A DNA stretch of 32,000 bases from contig NZ_JAGIOS010000002.1 in NCBI RefSeq assembly GCF_017876815.1, positions 1,320,001-1,352,000 on the forward strand, read 5' to 3'. The position numbers and the translations under genes were made by a program. This DNA is from Sinorhizobium meliloti (GTDB lineage: Bacteria > Pseudomonadota > Alphaproteobacteria > Rhizobiales > Rhizobiaceae). Shown piece after piece: positions 14,575 to 23,992 of the stretch. The notes beneath the pieces were generated by a model that was not told the DNA's origin, made no database searches, and saw only the letters and a list, made by a program, of their open reading frames with translations. Position 1 is the stretch's first letter, and every line of letters starts with the position of its first letter.

Positions 14575-15546
14575 TTACGGACGGTCGAGCTTGGAACGAA
14601 TTACCGAGGCGATGCGGCGCGTTTCATCGAGTGGTTCGTAGCTGTAGGGTTCGATCTTTCCCTCAAACGGCCGGGTCAGTTGCAAAGTTTCATGCAGATC
14701 CCGGTGATAGCGCTCGAACTTGTCCAGTCGCGGACCCGCGACGTGGGTTAACTCGAGTGTAAAGACAGGCTTGCCCGTCGCCAGGGCTTCGCAGGGCATC
14801 GTGATCGAGTCCTTTGCGATGACGAACGCGTCAGCGGCCGCCATGTAGTCGAGGTAGGGGTTCTCGCTTCGCCTGTCCCAAACAGCGATCCTTTCGCTAT
14901 TGAGTGTCGACAGGGCCCGCTGAGTGTGGTCTTCAGATCTACGTGAGGCCGATACAACGATGCGCCAGCCCTCTTTCTCCAATTGCTCGATTGCGCCCTT
15001 TATGTTTTGGTGGGTTCTGTCGTCGTAAACATATGCTCCATTCGAGCCGCCTACGAAGACGGCGACTATTGGGCGCCCGTCCGGTGACAATCGTCTGAGG
15101 GCAGCATCCCTAAGAGGCGCGAGCCGCGCCCAGGTAATCTGATGCGGTACTCCGACCATCGAATGATAGTTCGGCCGCCGGTTCAATTCCTCGACCCAAT
15201 CGTGACGAGAGACGAAAACGAGATCATACCCTTCGATGCGCGGACGTTGGAGGTGCACGGTTAAGGGCTTGCCTCCATAGGCCGCTTTTATGTCGAGGAC
15301 TGCCGGTTCAGCGCGGAAACCGCAGGAGATTACGAGCTCGGGGCGCTGTTCCCTTTTGCGAAACAATCTGGGTTCGAACAGCTTTCTCAAGCCGCGAGTC
15401 CGACTGATTAACTTGACCACTGGCTCACGATGGAATTGTTTACCCACGCCAAGGCACTGCGTAAGCGTTCCCGCCTTGCTTTCTGCCACAGCCCACACGC
15501 AGCTCGTGTTGGACGTTTTCACCGTTTCGTCGTGGTTATCTTGCAA
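14575..15546 (-). CDS. ELM1/DUF1022 family protein (predicted GT-B-like glycosyltransferase)
   Basis: VWAVAESKAGTLTQCLGVGKQF resembles the N-terminus of bacterial 'mitochondrial fission ELM1' family proteins (VW...D.KAG..NQ.LGL). The 323-aa ORF is intact. Confidence 0.75.
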   Translation of the reverse strand: MQDNHDETVKTSNTSCVWAVAESKAGTLTQCLGVGKQFHREPVVKLISRTRGLRKLFEPRLFRKREQRPELVISCGFRAEPAVLDIKAAYGGKPLTVHLQRPRIEGYDLVFVSRHDWVEELNRRPNYHSMVGVPHQITWARLAPLRDAALRRLSPDGRPIVAVFVGGSNGAYVYDDRTHQNIKGAIEQLEKEGWRIVVSASRRSEDHTQRALSTLNSERIAVWDRRSENPYLDYMAAADAFVIAKDSITMPCEALATGKPVFTLELTHVAGPRLDKFERYHRDLHETLQLTRPFEGKIEPYSYEPLDETRRIASVIRSKLDRP

Positions 15547-15604
15547 ACTTTAGCTCCGATATGACACTTGCTTTCTTCCGCCCGTTCCTCGCCTTCGCTT
15601 AGAA

Positions 15605-16519
15605 TCACTGGCTGAGATCGATCCCATTCTTGTCGACAAAATCGATCATGCTACGGTCTTCGATGGCGTTCGCCTCGATATACCTGATAGTGGAAGTAAC
15701 TTTATTCCGGTATTTCTCCGCAGAACCGTCGAAAGACCAACCTCTGTCTGTCTTTTCCTTCAGCTCCTCGATCGATTTCGCGTAATAGTGATTGAGCTGC
15801 AGGAACTCTGCGGAGTAAAAATCGGCAGCCTTCCGCTTTTTCTTTGGCACCACCATCCCCGCATCGTTTGCGGTTTCGTCGCCGTAGGAACGTGTTTGGA
15901 AGTGATGCACGCCCACTTTCGTGACTTCGACCGGATCGACAATGCATTTGAAATTGCTTGCGTCGAGGTTCTGCCGCATGGGATCGGAGACCCGCATTTT
16001 ATAATTAAGGCATACAGGCCCTGCTGGTCGCGAGACATGACCGCTATGGCCGAACATATGCCAGGGCAAAGAGATGTTAGGAAATCCGCCGGCTCCTCGT
16101 AATGCCTCCTCTAACGTTCGACCTTTCTTGGGCAATAAGAATTCATCAACGTCGATGAAAGCCATACGCTCATATTTACCGCCGAAGTTTAAGATCGCAT
16201 GGGCGAAAGCAATCGTCTGCCCGTTCAAGAATTCACCACTTTGTTCATCCCGCATGCGCATTTTCCAAGGGACGACGGTCAGTTCTTGGCCAGTCAGCGA
16301 CCGCTGAAGCAGTTCGACCGTTCCATCAGTCGAGCCGTCATCGTAGAGATGGAAATGTCGAACACCAACAGCTTGGTGAAAGCGCACCCACTCCGCAATG
16401 TAACTCGCTTCGTTTTTCACGCAGGCGACAATCGCAATGCCGCGTCGGTTCAACTCCCCTTGCGGAGGTGTGATAGCAAGTTCTCTCGTAAGATGCCGTT
16501 TAGCCTTCAGTCCAAACAT
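15605..16519 (-). CDS. Glycosyltransferase, GT92 / GT2_4-like
   Basis: IAIVACVKNEASYIAEWVRFHQAVGVRHFHLYDDGSTDGTVELL...FIDVDEFL is the typical GT92-like N-terminal nucleotide-sugar binding region with a DxD motif. Confidence 0.8.
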   Translation of the reverse strand: MFGLKAKRHLTRELAITPPQGELNRRGIAIVACVKNEASYIAEWVRFHQAVGVRHFHLYDDGSTDGTVELLQRSLTGQELTVVPWKMRMRDEQSGEFLNGQTIAFAHAILNFGGKYERMAFIDVDEFLLPKKGRTLEEALRGAGGFPNISLPWHMFGHSGHVSRPAGPVCLNYKMRVSDPMRQNLDASNFKCIVDPVEVTKVGVHHFQTRSYGDETANDAGMVVPKKKRKAADFYSAEFLQLNHYYAKSIEELKEKTDRGWSFDGSAEKYRNKVTSTIRYIEANAIEDRSMIDFVDKNGIDLSQ

Positions 16520-16743
16520 CTACGCCCCTTGGTCCCTAAACATCGAACGGCTCTCCTTCGTGCCCTTCACCTCAGTCGGCGCAGAAGGGACTTTCCAAGC
16601 CTTTAACCATGCACCTTCCGAACTAGCATGCCGGCTTTGATTTGGAATACATCACCTTTATAGAGGGAGAGAGCCGAACTTGGAATCCAAGCCTCGGTAG
16701 CATGGAGAAGTCGCGCGCCGAAAGCACGCTAAAGTTGGGATGA

Positions 16744-17580
16744 GTGACCATGGACTTTCCCGCCTCCGGAACGACGGAGAATTTGACGACGGCGGAGCAA
16801 TGGCGTGCTCTGTTTTCGAGGTATTCACACGTTATCCTCGTAGCTAACAGCGATCAGGTTAACGTTAAGGAACTTCAGGCCGAATACCCGCGGACGGCCC
16901 TCTTTGTATTCTTCAACAAGGTCTACAAGGTTCTTGATGAACAATTTTCCGGCCACGCCTTGCTGATTTCGCGCGCTCAACCGAAAGGCGCCAACATTGT
17001 CTACCGACAAGAGGTCGCTGACGTCGTCAAACTATTCGCACCGCAGGACTTCCTGGGCATCATGAACATCCGCTTGGCGGCGAGCGAGAGATTGAACACA
17101 AGCTCCGATTACTTGGGAACGCCCACGGGGCATCTGGATTTGATCGGCTTCTGCGCTGACTTTTACCCGCAGGCCAAAGTCCCCACGAGCGGTTTCGCCA
17201 TCGCCTTATGGCTGGTCGACCAAGCGCTTCCGGCCAAGATTATCCTGGCGGGATTCTCGGCAAAGCGCAGCGAACAGTGGCGGGTGGTCGCTGTCCACGA
17301 TTGGACTTTCGAGCAGGTCTTCTTGCGCCTTTTCGAAAGAGTGGGCAAGTTGACGATGCATGGTGGTATCGCCACAAACAGTTACGCATCGCTTGCTTCA
17401 AGGTTCCCGGAGTTGCCCGCTGCGGAAATATCTTCGACGATCGCAGAAGTCTTGTCATCGCGTCTGAACCAGACCGATGCACAAGTGGACAAGTTGATAT
17501 CTCTCACAAACGTGTTGCGGTCCATCGACGAATTTTTACGTCGGCTGAAGCCGAAGTTTCTGAAGAAAACGAAGCCATAA
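16744..17580 (+). CDS. Sialyltransferase-fold protein P1 (GT29-like S and VS motifs)
   Basis: VILVANSDQV, FFNKV, VPTSGFAIALWLVDQALPAKIILAGFS (sialylmotif S-like, P-T/S-S-G...GF) and HDWTFE (H-x4-E, VS-like) occur in this order. Confidence 0.65.
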   Translation: MTMDFPASGTTENLTTAEQWRALFSRYSHVILVANSDQVNVKELQAEYPRTALFVFFNKVYKVLDEQFSGHALLISRAQPKGANIVYRQEVADVVKLFAPQDFLGIMNIRLAASERLNTSSDYLGTPTGHLDLIGFCADFYPQAKVPTSGFAIALWLVDQALPAKIILAGFSAKRSEQWRVVAVHDWTFEQVFLRLFERVGKLTMHGGIATNSYASLASRFPELPAAEISSTIAEVLSSRLNQTDAQVDKLISLTNVLRSIDEFLRRLKPKFLKKTKP

Positions 17581-17622
17581 ACAGCATCGAATTGACGAGT
17601 ACCGATTTTCTGGTGAGGACAA

Positions 17623-18354
17623 ATGGGATCATGGATCTCCGACGCACGTAAGCGCATATACCGGAATCTGAAGTACCGCATCATGCGGCCGGATCCGCCG
17701 GCCGCGCCCTTTCGATTCAACAGCCCTGTCGTGGTTGTAGGATCCGCGCCTGTCTCCAATAGGCCGGCCGGATTGGACGAGAGCTTCAGGATCATTACCG
17801 TGAACGGCTCGCAATCGGTCATCGCCAAGTGGGGCGTTGATGCGCCGGATATTACCATGATGATGTTCAACCAGGTCGAAGGAACCACTGCGAACGCGAT
17901 CGAGGTCAGGCGTGTGCTGAAAGGGCAGCGTACAGGGACGCTCTACGTATTTCTCTGGCGCAAGGACGATCGCGCGCGCCTCGAGGAAGGTTTGCGAGCG
18001 TTCGACTATAAATACGATCGACTGGAAATCGTCGATCGATATGAGCGGATGGCGTTGCTGGATCGTGTGGCTGACTTGCGCTCCCTCGAGATGGACGCCG
18101 ATTCCAAGTGCTCGAACGGTATGAACGCGGTCCTTTTTGCCCTCTACAACGGAGCACCCGCCGTCATCGTCACGGGAATCAATCCGAACTCAAGCGGTCA
18201 CGTCTACAATTCAACGGGTTTGACGCGTCTTCATGTTCAAATGGACAAAGTCCTCGTTTCCAAGCTGATTAGTGAGGGCCGCCCCATTTTCACGGCGGAT
18301 CCGCCGGTTTCGGAAGAATTAGGCATTCCGTTGTGGAGCGGTAAAAACCGCTAG
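17623..18354 (+). CDS. Sialyltransferase-fold protein P2 (GT42/Cst-like motif order)
   Basis: A GAGG SD precedes the start. The ORF carries VVVVGSAPVS, ITVNGS and KCSNGMNAVLFALYNGAPAVIVTGINPNSSGHVYN...RLHVQMD. It is clearly paralogous to P4 (21879-22814). Confidence 0.7.
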   Translation: MGSWISDARKRIYRNLKYRIMRPDPPAAPFRFNSPVVVVGSAPVSNRPAGLDESFRIITVNGSQSVIAKWGVDAPDITMMMFNQVEGTTANAIEVRRVLKGQRTGTLYVFLWRKDDRARLEEGLRAFDYKYDRLEIVDRYERMALLDRVADLRSLEMDADSKCSNGMNAVLFALYNGAPAVIVTGINPNSSGHVYNSTGLTRLHVQMDKVLVSKLISEGRPIFTADPPVSEELGIPLWSGKNR

Positions 18355-18416
18355 TCCTTTGCATATTTGCCCTGTGTCGTCGTTTTGCTCGCTCAACGCC
18401 TGCGTTAGAGAAATCA

Positions 18417-19322
18417 ATGGTTTTAAATCGTCCATTTTCACGTTCCTGCATCAAGATCGCCGTTCGCCTCCTACTGGGTCGTTCCAGGGCCCATGTTCAG
18501 GATTGGTTTCCCGGACTGAAGCTCGAACTTGCAACCGCTGATCGAGACGGCACGATCCAGTATCGAGGCGAGTTGGTAGGACGTCTAACGAGCCCGTTGC
18601 GCGCCCTGGAAGAAAAGCCGGGGAATGTGCTTATCGTCGGCTCCGGCCCCTCGGTGGCACGATGCGATCTGACCCGCGCAGACGGGTCTTCCTGCCTTCT
18701 CTTGAACGGCGCGCTACACCTTTTTCCCAGCGTAATCGCAAAGCCTCTGGCGATAGCAATTGAAGACGAACGGTTCGTATGGAGACACTTCGATCTCGTG
18801 AAGCGGATTCCTGCCGGATGCGTCTGTCTGCTGTCTGTGAGCGTGATAAGGGCGATCTGCGAGCTGGATCGCACATGGCTGCGAGACAGGCCGATCGTAT
18901 TGATCGATAACGTGCGAAAGCCGTACGGGGTGGCACGTCGGGACACCGCGGAACTGCGTAAGCTGGCGTATGTGAGGCTGAGCGAGGACGGCGACGTCGG
19001 CTTTTCCGAAGACCCCTTTGCCGGCATTTTCCAGGCAGGCTCGGTCGCGGTTTCAGCCGCACAGTTTGCCGTCGCCTGGAGGCCCCGCTCGATCGGCTTC
19101 GTCGGGATCGATCTCAGTAATGCCGATGAACCGAGGTACTACGAAACAACTGATAAAGCCTATTCGGGAATCGTCGCGGCCCAAAAGCGGATCGTCGACC
19201 ATCTGGTGATGACACGGAGTATAGCCGCCGAAAGCGGTATCGAGGTCGTAAACCACTCGCCTATCTCGGCCCTTGTCGGGATGGGGTTTGGCTACGACGC
19301 CACCTTTGCCAAAGCTGAGTGA
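18417..19322 (+). CDS. Sialyltransferase-fold / DUF115 (Maf, MptE-like) protein P3
   Basis: VLIVGSGPSV, LLLNGA and AGSVAVSAAQFAVAWRPRSIGFVGIDLS follow the same motif order as Cst-II (IIAGNGPSL ... TSGVYMCAVAIALGYKEIYLSGIDFY). Confidence 0.65.
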   Translation: MVLNRPFSRSCIKIAVRLLLGRSRAHVQDWFPGLKLELATADRDGTIQYRGELVGRLTSPLRALEEKPGNVLIVGSGPSVARCDLTRADGSSCLLLNGALHLFPSVIAKPLAIAIEDERFVWRHFDLVKRIPAGCVCLLSVSVIRAICELDRTWLRDRPIVLIDNVRKPYGVARRDTAELRKLAYVRLSEDGDVGFSEDPFAGIFQAGSVAVSAAQFAVAWRPRSIGFVGIDLSNADEPRYYETTDKAYSGIVAAQKRIVDHLVMTRSIAAESGIEVVNHSPISALVGMGFGYDATFAKAE

Positions 19323-19449
19323 CGCTTTAGCTGGGATTGCGTTAGCTGACGTTAAAGCACTGAAGCTGTATCGCAGCACCACATCGGGGCGTGAGGCGGT
19401 TAGTTGCTCGCCGCCGCCCCGATGAAATTGGCTTATGAGTGTCGCGCCA

Positions 19450-20139
19450 TTAAGCCGAGCGCTGCGTTACATGAAGAACACGATCACGTGTAGCGAACCA
19501 TTCCTCGGCGTAATCATCGTTCTTATACTCATCGAAGTAAGGCCCTCCATCTGTGAAATGGACAAGCTTTGCATCCGGCGAATATTCGTACTCGTTTACG
19601 AGCCAGTTCCAACTTGCGGGCAGTTCGCCGATCAGGTCGTCGGACTCTAGCCATTTGAACTGATGCAACTCCAGCCCAGACGCAGTATTGACGTAATCCA
19701 AATCGAGCTTTCGGCACTTGGCGTTATTGAACAGGATCACGCTCGACCAGTTCTTCTTTTCGTACTTGGTTTGGACCTGGCCCAGGAACTTCGTTTCGAC
19801 TTTCGGAACGTAGTCGTGTTTTACGCACATCGCTGCATAGCGATCGTCTCTCAACTCCCACAACTGGGCGATGTCAGTCCGCATGAGCATGTCGCAGTCG
19901 GCGAAAAGCGACCAGCCCTCATAACGGCTTAGATAAGGCACCAGGAATCGCGAAAAGGAAAACTCGGTAGATTGGAGAGGATTCCGCTCGCGCGTAAAAA
20001 TATTTTCGACATTGTTCAAGGATATCGGCGTGAACGTAACCGGGATGGAGCTCTTTTCCAGAATACTTTGGCAAAGAACATGATAGGCGACGACTTCCTT
20101 GCTGTCGAAGCCGATGTAAATATGAGCACCTTGCGTCAT
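19450..20139 (-). CDS. GT8-like (GT-A) glycosyltransferase
   Basis: IYIGFDSKEVVAYHVLCQSI...QSTEFSFSRFLVPYLSRYEGWSLFADCDML follows a pattern I associate with small bacterial/phage GT8-like transferases. The gene looks AT-richer by eye. Confidence 0.7.
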   Translation of the reverse strand: MTQGAHIYIGFDSKEVVAYHVLCQSILEKSSIPVTFTPISLNNVENIFTRERNPLQSTEFSFSRFLVPYLSRYEGWSLFADCDMLMRTDIAQLWELRDDRYAAMCVKHDYVPKVETKFLGQVQTKYEKKNWSSVILFNNAKCRKLDLDYVNTASGLELHQFKWLESDDLIGELPASWNWLVNEYEYSPDAKLVHFTDGGPYFDEYKNDDYAEEWFATRDRVLHVTQRSA

Positions 20140-20409
20140 TTCACCTCCGATTATGGGTAGGCTTCAAAACGTCGTTGGTCTGGCTTGATCCTCTAAGCGG
20201 CGAAACGATTTCAACTGACGTTTGATTTGCGTCTCAACCCAGGTGTAACCAAAAAAGGCCGCGGCGTGAAGCCTGCGGCAGCGGAACGATGTGGTTGGTT
20301 GTCCGTCGTCCACAGGAGGGCGTCTGGCAATTTCCGCGAACTTCGCCTAGTAGCTTTGTCGCTGGCCCGCGATAGTGCCACCAATGCGGGCGAGGGCAAT
20401 GGGGGAAGA

Positions 20410-21903
20410 ATGCGCAGTCTCCTGGTTCGAAGACCGGATCTCTTATACGTTCTGATCGCCGGCTATTGCCTGCTGAGCATCATCCTGAAAGTTCTTCGAC
20501 CGGACTCGCTTGAGATAGACGAATCCGAGCAAGCACTGCTGTCACAATATCTGCTGCTCGGATACGGAGCCCAGCCACCCTTCTACAATTGGCTTCAATA
20601 TGGAGTCGTGGCGCTATTTGGTATCTCTGTTGCGTCGCTCGCCATTGTAAAAAACGGTCTTCTGTTCCTCTTCCTTCTATTCTACGGGCTCACGGCGCGC
20701 CTTCTCTCCAGCAGTCGGCTCGTTCCGGCGGTGGCGGTGCTGGGCGTCCTCACGCTCCCACCGGTTTTCCTGCTGTCACAGCGCGACTTATCGCACACCG
20801 TCGCCGCGTTATTTGCGGTGTCGCTGTTCCTCTACGGCTTCTTCCGTGCGCTAAAGAGCCCACCAAAGGTTGGCCATTATTTGCTTGTCGGCGTTGCCGT
20901 GGGGCTCGGGGCGATTACCAAGTACAATTTCGTTATCTTGCCGGTGGCGGCACTGCTCGCCATTCTGCCAGAGGCAAAGCTGCGCAAATATCTGTTCGAC
21001 TGGCGTGTGCTCGCATCAGTTGCGGTTTGCGCCATGATCGTGGCACCCCATGCCTACTGGATCGTCAATAATCTTGGACATGCCACCGGTGTCACTGTCG
21101 CTGAGATGAAGGAGGGGGCAGATAGCGCGCGGCTTCCGCACGCGATCCAAGGCCTTGTTTCCCTCGCGGTTGCGGCCCTAAAGGGCGTCGCACTGACCCT
21201 TGCCGTCTTCGGATTGCTCTTCTACGCGGATGTCGGGAAAATCCTGCGCGCCGAGAGCCTAGGGACGAGGGTCATCGGCAGGATGATTGTCGCCTGCTTC
21301 CTCATAATAGCGTTTATCGTGGTAGCAATGGATGCGACCCACATCCGTGCGAAATGGTTGGCGCTTTTTACTGCGCTCCTCCCACTTTATCTGACGCTGA
21401 AAATCGATGCCGCCGGCCTGGATCCTGCCCGGCGCCTGCCCGCACTTTTTTCGATTTCGGGCATCCTCTCCGTCGGCGTCATCGTGATGCTGTGGGCAAG
21501 GGTCTTTGTAGGACCAATGATTGGCGATTATTCCTTCGCGCACACGCCTTACAACGGTTTTGCCAGCACGGTGCGCGCTGATCCGGGTCCGCCCCCGGTG
21601 GCCATCGTGGTCGACGACAGGATCGTGGCGGGTAATCTTAGGATTCAGTTTCCCGATACCCCGATCATCCTAACCGGATTTTCTCAGGAGGCGGAGAGAC
21701 ACCTTCCCCCAGGTCGAATCTTGGCGGCCTGGTCGGCAGAAGGTAAGGGGCGAGAGGCGATTCCTCCTCGCATTACGGCCCTACTGAAACTCATGCCCGC
21801 CAGGATTGCCGACGCAACGCCGACGATCGTCTCAGTTCCTTACAACGCCGGGCGCCCGGGCGACACATACACTTTCGCCTATATTTGGGCGGACTTCCAC
21901 TGA
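20410..21903 (+). CDS. ArnT/PMT-family GT-C glycosyltransferase (GT39/GT83-like)
   Basis: The start is taken at ATG 20410 (MRSLLVRRPDLLYV...). It carries DESEQALLSQYLLLGYGAQPPFYNWL (the DE..QA...PP.Y.WL loop typical of ArnT-like enzymes), has 10 or more hydrophobic helices and a soluble C-terminal domain. Confidence 0.8.
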   Translation: MRSLLVRRPDLLYVLIAGYCLLSIILKVLRPDSLEIDESEQALLSQYLLLGYGAQPPFYNWLQYGVVALFGISVASLAIVKNGLLFLFLLFYGLTARLLSSSRLVPAVAVLGVLTLPPVFLLSQRDLSHTVAALFAVSLFLYGFFRALKSPPKVGHYLLVGVAVGLGAITKYNFVILPVAALLAILPEAKLRKYLFDWRVLASVAVCAMIVAPHAYWIVNNLGHATGVTVAEMKEGADSARLPHAIQGLVSLAVAALKGVALTLAVFGLLFYADVGKILRAESLGTRVIGRMIVACFLIIAFIVVAMDATHIRAKWLALFTALLPLYLTLKIDAAGLDPARRLPALFSISGILSVGVIVMLWARVFVGPMIGDYSFAHTPYNGFASTVRADPGPPPVAIVVDDRIVAGNLRIQFPDTPIILTGFSQEAERHLPPGRILAAWSAEGKGREAIPPRITALLKLMPARIADATPTIVSVPYNAGRPGDTYTFAYIWADFH

Positions 21904-22814
21904 GCCGGGTTGGCGCCGATCGCGCCGCCCATGTTGCGAATGATGTCTTCTCTGTCGCGAATGAAAGGGAGGCCGATATGCTCAGAGAGTTCCAGCTCCG
22001 TCGTGAAGACATTTCCTCGATCACTCAAACGCCTCAGAACGAAGGTGTCTTCAGCAATCTGCCGGCGAATTCTGCCCTTATCGTCGTAAGAATGGCCCAT
22101 CTTGGTAACTGAGAACCCGGCAAGCGTCACGGACGGCACTCCCATGAAAAGTGCATAGCACAGGGCGGCAACTCCGTTCGTCACCTTGCCGACTTCTCCA
22201 ATATCGGAGGGAAGCCCGCCACTGACGGCGTTGACGATCGCTTCGCGCTCAGCTTTGGTGGCGCGCATCAGGCTCTTGTAGCGAACATGCGGCATTGCCA
22301 GAAGTTTCAGGTACATCACCCAGATAGACTTCGTATGAAGCCATAGAAGGCCCCTCGTCCTTACATAGGGATGCTCTTCCCACGATTTCTTGCGCTTTCG
22401 AAACGTCAAATCGGCGGGTGGGAGACCCAGTGCATTGGCCGTCTTGCCAGCGTTATTGACGTCGACGCGTGCGCAATGTCCAATCAGGTCCGGCGGAATC
22501 GTGGGGGAGGGCGCGGAACCGAGAATCAGCCACGGCTTGTCGACAATGCCGAGTCGCGAGAGCCAGCGGCGGTGCTTTTCTCGCAGTTTTTCAAGCGCTT
22601 CAGGTTCAATCGTCATCGCGAATTCCATTGACGAGGTGGGCAGCCGAGATTCACTTAAGGGACTGACATTTATGTCTCGCACAAGCCACGCTACGTGTCC
22701 ATTCGCCGCCGGATCTTCGACTAGAAGGGGTGAGCCGGTACTGCAATTTCTCAATACTCTGTCGCCACGCTTCAGAAAGCGTGGAAATACCCGTGAATCG
22801 CACAATTTAGCCAT
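21879..22814 (-). CDS. Sialyltransferase-fold protein P4 (paralogue of P2)
   Basis: WLILGSAPSP, VDVNNAG and KVTNGVAALCYALFMGVPSVTLAGFSVTKMGHSYDD are present. The start is uncertain: ATG 22814, or the internal ATG 22628, which would match P2's length. The 3' end overlaps the convergent GT-C gene by 25 nt. Confidence 0.65.
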   Translation of the reverse strand: MAKLCDSRVFPRFLKRGDRVLRNCSTGSPLLVEDPAANGHVAWLVRDINVSPLSESRLPTSSMEFAMTIEPEALEKLREKHRRWLSRLGIVDKPWLILGSAPSPTIPPDLIGHCARVDVNNAGKTANALGLPPADLTFRKRKKSWEEHPYVRTRGLLWLHTKSIWVMYLKLLAMPHVRYKSLMRATKAEREAIVNAVSGGLPSDIGEVGKVTNGVAALCYALFMGVPSVTLAGFSVTKMGHSYDDKGRIRRQIAEDTFVLRRLSDRGNVFTTELELSEHIGLPFIRDREDIIRNMGGAIGANPAQWKSAQI

Positions 22815-22890
22815 CTTGATTTGATTTCGAAGACTTCAACGGTAAGAGACGCCTTTAAAAGGGTCGTCAACAATTTCGGACAGTCAAGAA

Positions 22891-23880
22891 ATGAACGTAG
22901 TTGTAAGTGACCCAATACTGGCGTCGATCAGTCGTACGATCGCGACTGCCGCCGACGGCATCAATGCGCTGGCGGGCTGTCTGGAGGATGATGCGGCCTT
23001 CCGCCGTAGTTTTGTCGATGCCATCGAACTCGTCGCCTCCAAGCGTGGCCGGGTCGTTGTGGCGGGTGTTGGCAAGAGCGGGCACATCGGACGCAAGATC
23101 GCCGCGACGCTAGCTTCCACCGGTACGTCCGCCTATTTCGTGCATCCGACGGAAGCAAGTCACGGCGATCTCGGCATGATCACCGCCGAAGATTTGCTCA
23201 TCCTGCTTTCATGGTCCGGTGAGACGGTCGAACTCGGGAACGTACTCACTTACGCCAAGCGCTTCAATGTCCCGGTCATTTCCGTCACGTCGAATGCCGA
23301 TAGCACAATCGCTCGCAACTCCACGATCCCCGTGGTTCTGCCGAAAGTGCCGGAGGCATGCCCACATGGTCTAGCCCCGACCACGTCTGCAATGCTGCAG
23401 TTGGCGGTGGGGGATGCTTTTGCAATAGCCTTGCTTGAGCGGAGGGGTTTTTCGGCCGAGGACTTCAAGACGTTTCATCCGGGCGGTAAGCTCGGTTCGC
23501 AGTTGCTGCTCGCCCATGAGCTGGCCCATTCGGGCGAGGCTGTGCCACTTTTGCCGATCGGCAGTCCGATGAGCGAAGCGGTCATCCAGATGTCTTCGAA
23601 GGGTTTCGGGGTCGTCGGCGTCGTTGGTGGCGACGGTGAGCTTGTCGGTGTCATTACCGACGGCGATTTGCGGCGACACATGTCACAAAATCTATTGCTC
23701 CTCACCGTCGAGACCGTGATGTCGCACATGCCTCGCGTGATTACGCCTGGAATGCTGGCCAGTGCGGCCATGGAAATGATGCAATCGCAAAAGATCACGG
23801 TGCTGTTTCTGGTCGATGATTTTGGCCGGCCGTCGGGCATCTTGCACGTCCACGATCTTCTGCGTGCCGGCGTTGCCTAA
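22891..23880 (+). CDS. kpsF: Arabinose-5-phosphate isomerase, KpsF/GutQ family (SIS + tandem CBS)
   Basis: GRVVVAGVGKSGHIGRKIAATLASTGTSAYFVHPTEASHGDLGMI is the SIS core. Two CBS-like repeats sit at the C-terminus (VGVVGGDGELVGVITDGDLRR; VLFLVDDFGRPSGILHVHDLLRAG). Confidence 0.9.
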   Translation: MNVVVSDPILASISRTIATAADGINALAGCLEDDAAFRRSFVDAIELVASKRGRVVVAGVGKSGHIGRKIAATLASTGTSAYFVHPTEASHGDLGMITAEDLLILLSWSGETVELGNVLTYAKRFNVPVISVTSNADSTIARNSTIPVVLPKVPEACPHGLAPTTSAMLQLAVGDAFAIALLERRGFSAEDFKTFHPGGKLGSQLLLAHELAHSGEAVPLLPIGSPMSEAVIQMSSKGFGVVGVVGGDGELVGVITDGDLRRHMSQNLLLLTVETVMSHMPRVITPGMLASAAMEMMQSQKITVLFLVDDFGRPSGILHVHDLLRAGVA

Positions 23881-23992
23881 GGACAAATAGTGCCCGCCCG
23901 GAGATGGTTAACGAGCCAGCCTCCGAGGGAGCACATCGTACGATCTAAGTTGGACTTAAAACACGCGTTGGCTTTGGCAGTCCATCACGGAA

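Noticed and set aside
18497-19062. Long antisense ORFs inside well-supported genes (for example 18497-19027, 18631-19062, 25484-25936, 28871-29269, 29558-30001, 17382-17888 and 14031-14471)
   Set aside because: These are typical high-GC shadow ORFs with Arg/Pro/Ser-rich composition and no SD. Each is fully contained in a gene with clear family motifs on the other strand.
20251-20280. Terminator-like hairpin plus T6 on the minus strand (GCCGC(A)GGC-TTCAC-GCCGCGGC TTTTTT) in the divergent intergenic region
   Set aside because: No minus-strand gene ends upstream of it, so it terminates nothing obvious. It may insulate the GT8-like promoter or be fortuitous. I did not annotate it as a feature.
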